In this document: piece by piece, positions 10,268 to 21,000 of the stretch
Layout of the letters: each line of letters begins with the position of its first letter
How positions within the stretch are numbered: position 1 is the stretch's first letter
Assembly (NCBI GenBank): GCA_032718475.1
Contig: JAUCBJ010004650.1
Location: 1-36,499 of the forward strand
Source of the DNA: Nemertoderma westbladi
Lineage: Eukaryota; Animalia; Xenacoelomorpha
DNA length: 36,499 nt
Direction: 5' to 3'
Notes under the pieces: generated by a model
Told to the model about the DNA's origin: nothing
The model's input: only the letters and a program-made list of their open reading frames with translations
Databases searched by the model: none
Translations under genes and position numbers: made by a program

Positions 10268-11650
10268 GAGTGTTATATTTTTGCTGGTGATAAACTTTCG
10301 ATATTTTTAATGCTTATATTCAATAGTTTCTTATCTCATGGGTTTCTTCCCGATAGCCTAATTTCTTCTAGTATTTTACCTGATATTAAAGATAAGAATA
10401 TTAGCTGTAATGAAGATTCCAATTACCGGCCAATCACAAAGGCCAATATTTGTTCTAAAATACTCGAATCCTGTTTAATTGATATATTTCTTCTCATGCA
10501 TCAATTGCCGACAATCAATTCGGCTTTTCAAAGAGTCTTGGTACCGAATTATGTATATTTACTTTGAAACAAACTGTGCAGTACTATGTTAGTAGAGATT
10601 CTCCGGTTTATTCCGCTTTTTTTAGATGCCTCTAAGGCATTCGACCGAGTCAATCATTTTAAATTATTTCGTAAACTGATTGATATTGATGTCCCTGAGT
10701 ATATCGTTAGGATGCTAGCTTATAGTATAGTATAGGGTATAGTAAAGAGTCGGTTACAGTTAGTTGGGGCAATGAGATTTCATCTAGTTTTAATGTGACG
10801 AATGGGGTAAGACAAGAAAGTACCATTTCTCCGTTATTGTACAATATTTATGTAAATTGAATTAAGTAAACGGATTAACCATACTGTACAACCATACATA
10901 CTGTCGCAGTGTCCGAGTGGATATGGCGCCTGAACTGCTTACACAATAGTGTTTGGTGGCGCAGGTTCGAATCCGACTAAAGGCTGTAGAAATTTCGCAC
11001 TGTTGTGTCCCTAGGCAAGACACTTTAGACATTAGTGCCTACGTCAACCCAGCGGTATAATGGGAACCTGGCTTTGCTGGGGTAATGATAATAAAAGCGC
11101 TTTGAGTATGCCGAGCATAATAAAGCGCTATATAAATAACCATTATTATTATTATTATTATTATAACCAAGTTAGGTGCATTGCTTTTAAATCATTTATT
11201 TTATGCTGATGATCTTTGTTTAATTTCTCTTAGTATTTTTGGTCTTCGTGTTTTGGTTAATATCTGCCAAGATTATGGTTTGGAATTTGATTATCACATT
11301 TAATCCGAATAAATCACATTGCGTATATTTTCTTCCCCATAAATTTGGCCGTACCGGTGATGTTTATTTTAATGGTAAAATTTTAAAATGTGTAAGCTAT
11401 GTTGTTTATGTCGGTCATACGATTAGTTGCGACTTATCTGATGAGTCTGATATTATGAACTTGAGATCCAGTCTTTACGGAAGGGGAATCTCATTAGAGC
11501 GAACCTTTTCATTCTGTTCTGTTTCTGTGAAGGTGTTACTTTTTAGGACCTTCTGTAATTGTTTATACTGTTGTGCTTTATGGTCTGTCTTTCGTATTGA
11601 AATACTCAGAAAGTTGAAAGTTTCCTACAACACTGCTTTTAGACTTTTGT
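10268..11650 (+). mobile_element. Non-LTR retrotransposon RT fragment (RTE-X-like), decayed and split by a SINE
   Basis: Read across frames: SNYRPIT, NQFGF, FLDASKAFDRVNHFKLFRKL, NGVRQ..ISPLLYNIY, LNHLFYADDLCLI, FNPNKS, VKVLLFRTFC..LYCCALW. The clade assignment is from motif memory. Confidence 0.88.
10903..11163 (+). mobile_element. tRNA(Leu/Ser-like)-derived CORE-type SINE with L2-like tail
   Basis: A box AGTGTCCGAGTGG; B box GGTTCGAATCC (10964-10974); central TGTGTCCCTAGGCAAGACACTT...TATAATGGG resembling the MIR CORE; 3' AAAGCGCTATATAAAT plus (ATT)n tail. Confidence 0.88.
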
Positions 11651-11683
11651 AAAAGATAAATCCTTATTTCGTTTAACATAGGG

Positions 11684-12040
11684 TACTACTACTACTAGGT
11701 CGAGCGAACTCGGACAGTGGAAATGAGATCCTTCCAGGCTTCCCGATTCTCCATAGCAATTTCGTTTCTCGTAAGTTCAGTATCCCTTTCAAGTTGATCT
11801 ATATATGTTATGGCCGGTCGTCCACGACTACGGTTTCCATGGGTTGGTTGCCAGAGAAGTAGATCTGGTATGACCTCGTCTTTACTTCGCCAGCAGTGCC
11901 CACTGAATCTTAATCTGCGTTCACGGAGGGTGGTTGATACAGGTGGTATTGTACCATAAAGCTCGGCGTTTGTCATGTGTTGTCTCCAGCTGATGTTTAG
12001 GGCTGCCCTTAGTAGTCTTGTGTAGCAACCATCAATCCAT
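11684..12040 (-). mobile_element. 5'-truncated RTE-clade LINE 3' end
   Basis: IDGCYTRLLRAALNISWRQHMTNAELYG..RERRLRFSGHCWR..LLLWQP.HG.RSRGRP..TYIDQL..MENREAW, with the stop running into a (TAG)n tail at 11684-11697. Confidence 0.9.
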
Positions 12041-12255
12041 TGTTCAATTGTTCAATTGTTCATTATTTATTTTTGTTTATTTTATTTAGAGGAGTTATTC
12101 AAAAATGTAACTTGTTTGGTTCGAGATGTAGTAATTAATCACAATCAACATTTATTATAACTCATCAATAATATTAATTAATATCATTTAATTTATATAT
12201 AATGTACCGTAATTTACATATTTAAGTAAATTGAATCCCATTTAAATAATTCAAA

Positions 12256-12465
12256 ATGGAATTTAATATAACAACAGTGGAAGATATGAAAGCAGAAGAT
12301 TACACATTATTTAAAGCATCAACGATCTTAAATTTTATATCGATAATAATAACAGTTATTGGAGTTATTGGTAACATATTAGCCTATTTGACAGCTAATA
12401 GTATGAATATGGTATCCTCAACCACAACATATATGAAATGTTTAGCAGTTGCTGATATATCATCG
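12256..12465 (+). CDS. Class A GPCR exon 1 (N-terminus, TM1, part of TM2)
   Basis: ATG at 12256; N-glycosylation sequon NIT; TM1 GVIGN; TM2 LAVAD; phase-0 donor GTTAGT at 12466 after 70 codons. Confidence 0.88.
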
Positions 12466-12704
12466 GTTAGTACAATACAACCTTGTTTTAGGCTCTCACT
12501 ATTTTGGATCCTGTGAATTATATCTTGTATTAATGTTAACTTATCAAATGAGGGAAAGGAGCATGTTCCGGTGGCACACTATTCTAGCCGAACAAATAAA
12601 GAAACTTTGCTCCAGGGAGGGGGTCATTTGGACAGTGTGGGGATCGAAGTTGGCGGCATCCGGGCCGACAACTTGGTAGCACGCGGGGTTTGGACATCTC
12701 AACG

Positions 12705-13065
12705 GGAAGTTATGACAATTGCCACCCGGACAATTGCGTCCCGGGGACAATTTGCGTCCCAGACAATTGCGTCCCGGACAATTCCGACCCGATAATAAAT
12801 AAATAGTTATAGAACATTATAGATTCCAAATAATCAAATAAATAGCAAGTAAAAAATAATGCATGAACAATGTTAACAATACGTAGGTTATGCTAAAACA
12901 ATTAATTTTAATTTTATAATTAGTAAAATTAATATAAAAAGCATTCCAGAATTTATAATAGCAAATAATGTGGGTAAACCGCTACCTATGTGACCCAGCA
13001 AATTTAGATAAATTAACAGTCGCAATTGTCCAGATCGCAATTGTCTGGGTCGCAATTGTCACTCC
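12705..13065. mobile_element. MITE-like non-autonomous DNA transposon relic in the GPCR intron
   Basis: About 5 copies of GACAATTGCG at the left end (12714-12790), 3 inverted copies CGCAATTGTC at the right end (13021-13060), and an AT-rich interior. Confidence 0.7.
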
Positions 13066-13274
13066 TTTTTACCAGATTATTTTCTTTTTTTCAATTCCTT
13101 GATACTAACTGTCGCAACTGTTCTTTGTCAAGTTATCGATAAATGCATGGAGTAGTTTAATGATAATTGTTAAGTAGTTTATAATACAGTTACTGTACGG
13201 TAATTCATTAGCATCTTCAATAAAGTTAGAAACGGATAAAAAGATTTTACTTTAAATATACTAGTGTTTACACG

Positions 13275-13335
13275 GGATCAGACTTTTCGGGATTGCCACT
13301 CTCGGCATTCGATTTTCGGTACCGGGATTGCTATT
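13275..13335. repeat. Short CGGGATT-type repeats, probably the subterminal region of another DNA-transposon relic
   Basis: CGGGATC, CGGGATT, CGGCATT and CGGGATT spaced about 14-20 bp apart. Confidence 0.4.
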
Positions 13336-13849
13336 TTGGTTTAAATTTCCTTAAAGTGTTCACGAATCCGTGCACAATAATATGATCTGACCTACTCTAA
13401 ACTGCCTACCACCTTTGGGCCGATATGAACTAACTAGAGTATGAATATTTATAGCTGTTAATGACGACAGTATTTCCCCAATTATAAGCTCATACTAACT
13501 AACTAACACTCAGATGTTTCCACCAGAGAAATTAACTATTTTATTTTCTCGTCTCTAAACAATCATGGGCTACAATTCTACTTCTGTAGATAGTAGAGAG
13601 TAATATTTCATTTGCAGCTTCACTTTAGTATTTAAATTTTTATTTTGTATTTGATATTATTTGTTGTATTATATATTGACTATATGGCACGCAGTGATTT
13701 GTCCAAATATTGCAGCATGAAGCTAATATTGATGTAATGCAGTAGTTTATAAACTATTCGGTTATTATTGGTGTTAGTTAAATTATTTATAATTTAGTCT
13801 TAGCTTAATTAGTAATTATATTAATAATAAACAAATTAATTCGTTGCAG

Positions 13850-14581
13850 GCGACTCATGATGGGATTATAAGTCTTGGATTGCGATATTATGGGATTTTT
13901 GTTGAGGATTACAATTTAATAATTTGCAAAATTTTCTACTATTGGAGCGCCATAACATCTATTATAGCTAACTGGATTATTATGTCATTCACTGCTGATA
14001 GAATGGTTGCCACAATTTATCCTATTTATTACAGACAAAAGGTTAATGCTGGTACTGCCCGCAAAATTGTCCTGGTAATATCAATTTTTAATTGTTTACT
14101 TTTTGCTTGGTATTTTTATGGCTACGAATTTAATAATGAGGAGAAATGCCGATTTAAAGCTTCGATCCCGGAAAATGTAGTTGTGGTATGGAGTTGGTTT
14201 TTAGGAGGTGCACTGTATTGCGCAATTCCAGCAGTCGTTATTTCTATTTGTAATTGTGTGATAATAATATCCATAAGGAAGCGAAAGAAAATTGGGTCCA
14301 AACAAGATGATAAAAAAGCATCAACAGAGAGCAGTATTACAAAGCTGCTTCTTGCTGTGTCCACCTCATTTCTATTTTTTACAATAATCGTGGCGATTTC
14401 ATTCGGTTTTCAGGCCACTACTGATAATACAGAGATAGGTAAAGCATCAAGGGCTTTTTATGTAAGTATGACAGAAATGAATGTCGTAATGAATAATTCT
14501 TTCAATTTTTTTCTCTATGTTATTTCCGGATATATTTTTAGGAAAGCATTCATACGTATGATAACATGTAAGAAACAGTAA
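13850..14581 (+). CDS. Class A GPCR exon 2 (TM2 end to TM7 and helix 8); spliced product about 313 aa, peptide-receptor-like or chemoreceptor-like orphan
   Basis: Phase-0 acceptor TTGCAG ending at 13849. TM3 Cys (IICK), DRM in place of DRY, ECL2 Cys, TM5 Pro (AIP), TM7 NFFLY, helix 8 FRKAF, open to TAA at 14581. Confidence 0.92.
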   Translation, partial: ATHDGIISLGLRYYGIFVEDYNLIICKIFYYWSAITSIIANWIIMSFTADRMVATIYPIYYRQKVNAGTARKIVLVISIFNCLLFAWYFYGYEFNNEEKCRFKASIPENVVVVWSWFLGGALYCAIPAVVISICNCVIIISIRKRKKIGSKQDDKKASTESSITKLLLAVSTSFLFFTIIVAISFGFQATTDNTEIGKASRAFYVSMTEMNVVMNNSFNFFLYVISGYIFRKAFIRMITCKKQ

Positions 14582-14787
14582 TATTAATTAATTTCGATGA
14601 TGTTCTAAATCGTGTTTTAAAATATTTTTTATCATTTAATTAAAACATTTTGTTAAGAATTGTTAAGAAATTATAAACATTTATGAGAAGATACAATTAA
14701 TATACTTATATAATATACACACATCTGTAATATATTAATACATACATCATATATACACTTGAAAATAATTGTTGATAGTATTAACAT

Positions 14788-14793
14788 AATAAA
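14788..14793 (+). promoter_or_regulatory. Candidate polyadenylation signal of the GPCR
   Basis: AATAAA about 200 nt after the stop codon; the AT-rich context makes a chance match plausible. Confidence 0.3.
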
Positions 14794-15014
14794 TTATTAA
14801 ACTTAATTTGAAAACATGTTGCTCTGTGTATCTGAGTAATTATGTTAACATATATTATATGCTATAATATGATAATTCTGAAAGAATACCGATAATATTC
14901 AATGTTTTAGTTTAGAGGTGGTTGTTTATACGGACAAAAATATACTAGTTCATTACTTTATGTGTTTTTCTTATTGATTAATGTTGAATGTTGAAAATCA
15001 TTAGTTATCAACTA

Positions 15015-18000
15015 TTGGAGGTGGAACACTGAATAACTAGAGGGTTACTCACTGCTAGGAGGTGGAACACTGAATAACTAGAGGGTTACTCACTGCTAGG
15101 AGGTGGGACACTGAATAACTAGAGGGCTACTCACTGCTAGGAGGTGGGACACTGAATAACTAGAGGGTTACTCACTGCTAGGAGGTGGGACACTGAATAA
15201 CTAGAGGGTTACTCACTCTAGGAGGTGGGACACTGAATAACTAGAGGGCTACTCACTGTTAGGAGGTGGAACACTGAATAACTAGAGGGTTACTCACTCT
15301 AGGAGGTGGGACACTGAATAACTAGATGGCTACTCACTGCTAGGAGGTGGGACACTGAATAACTAGAGGGTTACTCACTGCTAGGAGGTGGGACACTGAA
15401 TAACTAGAGGGCTACTCACTACTTGGAGGTGGGACACTGAATAACTAGAGGGCTACTCACTGCTTGGAGGTGGAACACTGAATAACTAGAGGGTTACTCA
15501 CTGCTAGGAGGTGGGACACTGAATAACTAGAGGGCTACTCACTGCTTGGAGGTGGAACACTGAATAACTAGAGGGTTACTCACTGCTAGGAGGTGGAACA
15601 CTGAATAACTAGAGGGTTACTCACTGCTAGGAGGTGGGACACTGAATAACTAGAGGGCTACTCACTGTTAGGAGGTGGAACACTGAATAACTAGAGGGTT
15701 ACTCACTCTAGGAGGTGGGACACTGAATAACTAGATGGCTACTCACTGCTAGGAGGTGGGACACTGAATAACTAGAGGGTTACTCACTGCTAGGAGGTGG
15801 GACACTGAATAACTAGAGGGCTACTCACTGCTAGGAGGTGGGACACTGAATAACTAGAGGGTTACTCACTGCTAGGAGGTGGGACACTGAATAACTAGAT
15901 GGCTACTCACTGCTTGGAGGTGGGACACTGAATAACTAGAGGGCTACTCACTGCTTGGAGGTGGAACACTGAATAACTAGAGGGTTACTCACTGCTAGGA
16001 GGTGGGACACTGAATAACTAGAGGGCTACTCACTGCTTGGAGGTGGAACACTGAATAACTAGAGGGTTACTCACTGCTAGGAGGTAGAACACTGAATAAC
16101 TAGAGGGTTACTCACTGCTAGGAGGTGGGACACTGAATAACTAGAGGGCTACTCACTGTTAGGAGGTGGAACACTGAATAACTAGAGGGTTACTCACTCT
16201 AGGAGGTGGGACACTGAATAACTAGATGGCTACTCACTGCTAGGAGGTGGGACACTGAATAACTAGAGGGTTACTCACTGCTAGGAGGTGGGACACTGAA
16301 TAACTAGAGGGCTACTCACTGCTAGGAGGTGGGACACTGAATAACTAGAGGGTTACTCACTGCTAGGAGGTGGAACACTGAATAACTAGAGGGTTACTCA
16401 CTGCTAGGAGGTGGGACACTGAATAACTAGATGGCTACTCACTGCTTGGAGGTGGAACACTGAATAACTAGAGGGTTACTCACTCTAGGAGGTGGGACAC
16501 TGAATAACTAGATGGCTACTCACTGCTAGGAGGTGGGGCACTGAATAACTAGAGGGTTACTCACTGCTAGGAGGTGGGACACTGAATAACTAGAGGGCTA
16601 CTCACTGCTAGGAGGTGGGACACTGAATAACTAGAGGGTTACTCACTGCTAGGAGGTGGAACACTGAATAACTAGAGGGTTACTCACTGCTAGGAGGTGG
16701 GACACTGAATAACTAGATGGCTACTCACTGCTTGGAGGTGGGACACTGAATAACTAGAGGGCTACTCACTGCTTGGAGGTGGAACACTGAATAACTAGAG
16801 GGTTGCTCACTGCTAGGAGGTGGGACACTGAATAACTAGAGGGCTACTCACTGCTTGGAGGTGGAACACTGAATAACTAGAGGGTTACTCACTGTTAGGA
16901 GGTGGAACACTGAATAACTAGAGGGTTACTCACTGCTAGGAGGTGGGACACTGAATAACTAGATGGCTACTCACTGCTTGGAGGTGGGACACTGAATAAC
17001 TAGAGGGCTACTCACTGCTTGGAGGTGGAACACTGAATAACTAGAGGGTTACTCACTGCTAGGAGGTGGGACACTGAATAACTAGAGGGCTACTCACTGC
17101 TTGGAGGTGGAACACTGAATAACTAGAGGGTTACTCACTGCTAGGAGGTAGAACACTGAATAACTAGAGGGTTACTCACTGCTAGGAGGTGGGACACTGA
17201 ATAACTAGAGGGCTACTCACTGTTAGGAGGTGGAACACTGAATAACTAGAGGGTTACTCACTCTAGGAGGTGGGACACTGAATAACTAGATGGCTACTCA
17301 CTGCTAGGAGGTGGGACACTGAATAACTAGAGGGTTACTCATTGCTAGGAGGTGGGACACTGAATAACTAGAGGGCTACTCACTGCTAGGAGGTGGGACA
17401 CTGAATAACTAGAGGGTTACTCACTGCTAGGAGGTGGAACACTGAATAACTAGAGGGTTACTCACTGCTAGGAGGTGGGACACTGAATAACTAGATGGCT
17501 ACTCACTGCTTGGAGGTGGGACACTGAATAACTAGAGGGCTACTCACTGCTTGGAGGTGGAACACTGAATAACTAGAGGGTTGCTCACTGCTAGGAGGTG
17601 GGACACTGAATAACTAGAGGGCTACTCACTGCTTGGAGGTGGAACACTGAATAACTAGAGGGTTACTCACTGTTAGGAGGTGGAACACTGAATAACTAGA
17701 GGGTTACTCACTGCTAGGAGGTGGGACACTGAATAACTAGAGGGTTACTCACTGCTAGGAGGTGGGACACTGAATAACTAGAGGGTTACTCACTCTAGGA
17801 GGTGGGACACTGAATAACTAGAGGGCTACTCACTGTTAGGAGGTGGAACACTGAATAACTAGAGGGTTACTCACTCTAGGAGGTGGGACACTGAATAACT
17901 AGAGGGCTACTCACTGCTAGGAGGTGGGACACTGAATAACTAGAGGGTTACTCACTGCTAGGAGGTGGGACACTGAATAACTAGAGGGTTACTCACTCTA

Positions 18001-21000
18001 GGAGGTGGAACACTGAATAACTAGAGGGTTGCTCACTGCTAGGAGGTGGGACACTGAATAACTAGAGGGTTACTCACTCTAGGAGGTGGAACACTGAATA
18101 ACTAGAGGGTTGCTCACTGCTAGCAGGTGGGACACTGAATAACTAGAGGGCTACTCACTGCTAGGAGGTGGGACACTGAATAACTAGAGGGTTACTCACT
18201 GCTAGGAGGTGGGACACTGAATAACTAGAGGGTTACTCACTCTAGGAGGTGGAACACTGAATAACTAGAGGGTTACTCACTGCTAGGAGGTGGGCACTGA
18301 ATAACTAGAGGGCTACTCACTGCTTGGAGGTGGAACACTGAATAACTAGAGGGTTACTCACTGCTAGGAGGTGGAACACTGAATAACTAGAGGGTTACTC
18401 ACTCTAGGAGGTGGAACACTGAATAACTAGAGGGCTACTCACTGCTAGGAGGTGGGACACTGAATAACTAGAGGGTTACTCACTGCTAGGAGGTGGGACA
18501 CTGAATAACTAGAGGGTTACTCACTCTAGGAGGTGGAACACTGAATAACTAGAGGGTTGCTCACTGCTTGGAGGTGGAACACTGAATAACTAGAGGGCTA
18601 CTCACTGCTATGTTAGGAGGTGGGACACTGAATAACTAGAGGGCTACTCACTGCTATGTAGGAGGTGGGACACTGAATAACTAGAGGGCTACTCACTGCT
18701 AGGAGGTGGAACACTGAATAACTAGAGGGCTACTCACTGCTTGGAGGTGGGACACTGAATAACTAGAGGGCTACTCACTGCTATGTTAGGAGGTGGGACA
18801 CTGAATAACTAGAGGGCTACTCACTGCTATGTTAGGAGGTGGGACACTGAATAACTAGAGGGCTACTCACTGCTAGGAGGTGGAACACTGAATAACTAGA
18901 GGGCTACTCACTGCTTGGAGGTGGGACACTGAATAACTAGAGGGCTACTCACTGCTAGGAGGTGGGACACTGAATAACTAGAGGGTTACTCACTGCTAGG
19001 AGGTGGGACACTGAATAACTAGAGGGCTACTCACTGCTAGGAGGTGGAACACTGAATAACTAGAGGGCTACTCACTGCTAGGAGGTGGAACACTGAATAA
19101 CTAGAGGGTTACTCACTGCTAGGAGGTGGAACACTGAATAACTAGAGGGCTACTCACTGCTAGGAGGTGGGACACTGAATAACTAGAGGGCTACTCACTG
19201 CTAGGAGGTGGAACACTGAATAACTAGAGGGTTACTCACTGCTAGGAGGTGGGACACTGAATAACTAGAGGGCTACTCACTGCTAGGAGGTGGGACACTG
19301 AATAACTAGAGGGCTACTCACTGCTAGGAGGTGGGACACTGAATAACTAGAGGGCTACTCACTGCTAGGAGGTGGAACACTGAATAACTAGAGGGCTACT
19401 CACTGCTAGGAGGTGGGACACTGAATAACTAGAGGGCTACTCACTGCTAGGAGGTGGAACACTGAATAACTAGAGGGCTACTCACTGCTAGGAGGTGGGA
19501 CACTGAATAACTAGAGGGCTACTCACTGCTAGGAGGTGGAACACTGAATAACTAGAGGGCTACTCACTGCTTGGAGGTGGGACACTGAATAACTAGAGGG
19601 CTACTCACTGCTAGGAGGTGGGACACTGAATAACTAGAGGGCTACTCACTGCTAGGAGGTGGGACACTGAATAACTAGAGGGTTACTCACTGCTAGGAGG
19701 TGGGACACTGAATAACTAGAGGGCTACTCACTGCTAGGAGGTGGGACACTGAATAACTAGAGGGCTACTCACTGCTAGGAGGTGGAACACTGAATAACTA
19801 GAGGGCTACTCACTGCTAGGAGGTGGAACACTGAATAACTAGAGGGCTACTCACTGCTAGGAGGTGGGACACTGAATAACTAGAGGGCTACTCACTGCTA
19901 GGAGGTGGGACACTGAATAACTAGAGGGCTACTCACTGCTAGGAGGTGGAACACTGAATAACTAGAGGGCTACTCACTGCTAGGAGGTGGGACACTGAAT
20001 AACTAGAGGGCTACTCACTGCTAGGAGGTGGGACACTGAATAACTAGAGGGCTACTCACTGCTAGGAGGTGGGACACTGAATAACTAGAGGGCTACTCAC
20101 TGCTAGGAGGTGGGACACTGAATAACTAGAGGGCTACTCACTGCTAGGAGGTGGGACACTGAATAACTAGAGGGCTACTCACTGCTAGGAGGTGGGACAC
20201 TGAATAACTAGAGGGCTACTCACTGCTAGGAGGTGGAACACTGAATAACTAGAGGGTTACTCACTGCTAGGAGGTGGGACACTGAATAACTAGAGGGCTA
20301 CTCACTGCTAGGAGGTGGAACACTGAATAACTAGAGGGTTACTCACTGCTAGGAGGTGGAACACTGAATAACTAGAGGGCTACTCACTGCTAGGAGGTGG
20401 GACACTGAATAACTAGAGGGCTACTCACTGCTAGGAGGTGGAACACTGAATAACTAGAGGGTTACTCACTGCTAGGAGGTGGGACACTGAATAACTAGAG
20501 GGCTACTCACTGCTAGGAGGTGGAACACTGAATAACTAGAGGGTTACTCACTGCTAGGAGGTGGAACACTGAATAACTAGAGGGTTACTCACTGCTAGGA
20601 GGTGGGACACTGAATAACTAGAGGGCTACTCACTGCTAGGAGGTGGGACACTGAATAACTAGAGGGTTACTCACTGCTAGGAGGTGGAACACTGAATAAC
20701 TAGAGGGCTACTCACTGCTAGGAGGTGGGACACTGAATAACTAGAGGGTTACTCACTGCTAGGAGGTGGAACACTGAATAACTAGAGGGTTACTCACTGC
20801 TAGGAGGTGGGACACTGAATAACTAGAGGGCTACTCACTGCTAGGAGGTGGAACACTGAATAACTAGAGGGTTACTCACTGCTAGGAGGTGGGACACTGA
20901 ATAACTAGAGGGCTACTCACTGCTAGGAGGTGGGACACTGAATAACTAGAGGGTTACTCACTGCTAGGAGGTGGAACACTGAATAACTAGAGGGTTACTC

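Noticed and set aside
10903-10985. Functional tRNA gene
   Set aside because: The acceptor stem and anticodon arm do not pair well, and the sequence continues into a SINE body and (ATT)n tail.
9190-12040. The two minus-strand RTE fragments as one element
   Set aside because: The order is wrong: the endonuclease fragment lies downstream of the 3' tail on the minus strand, so they are separate insertions.
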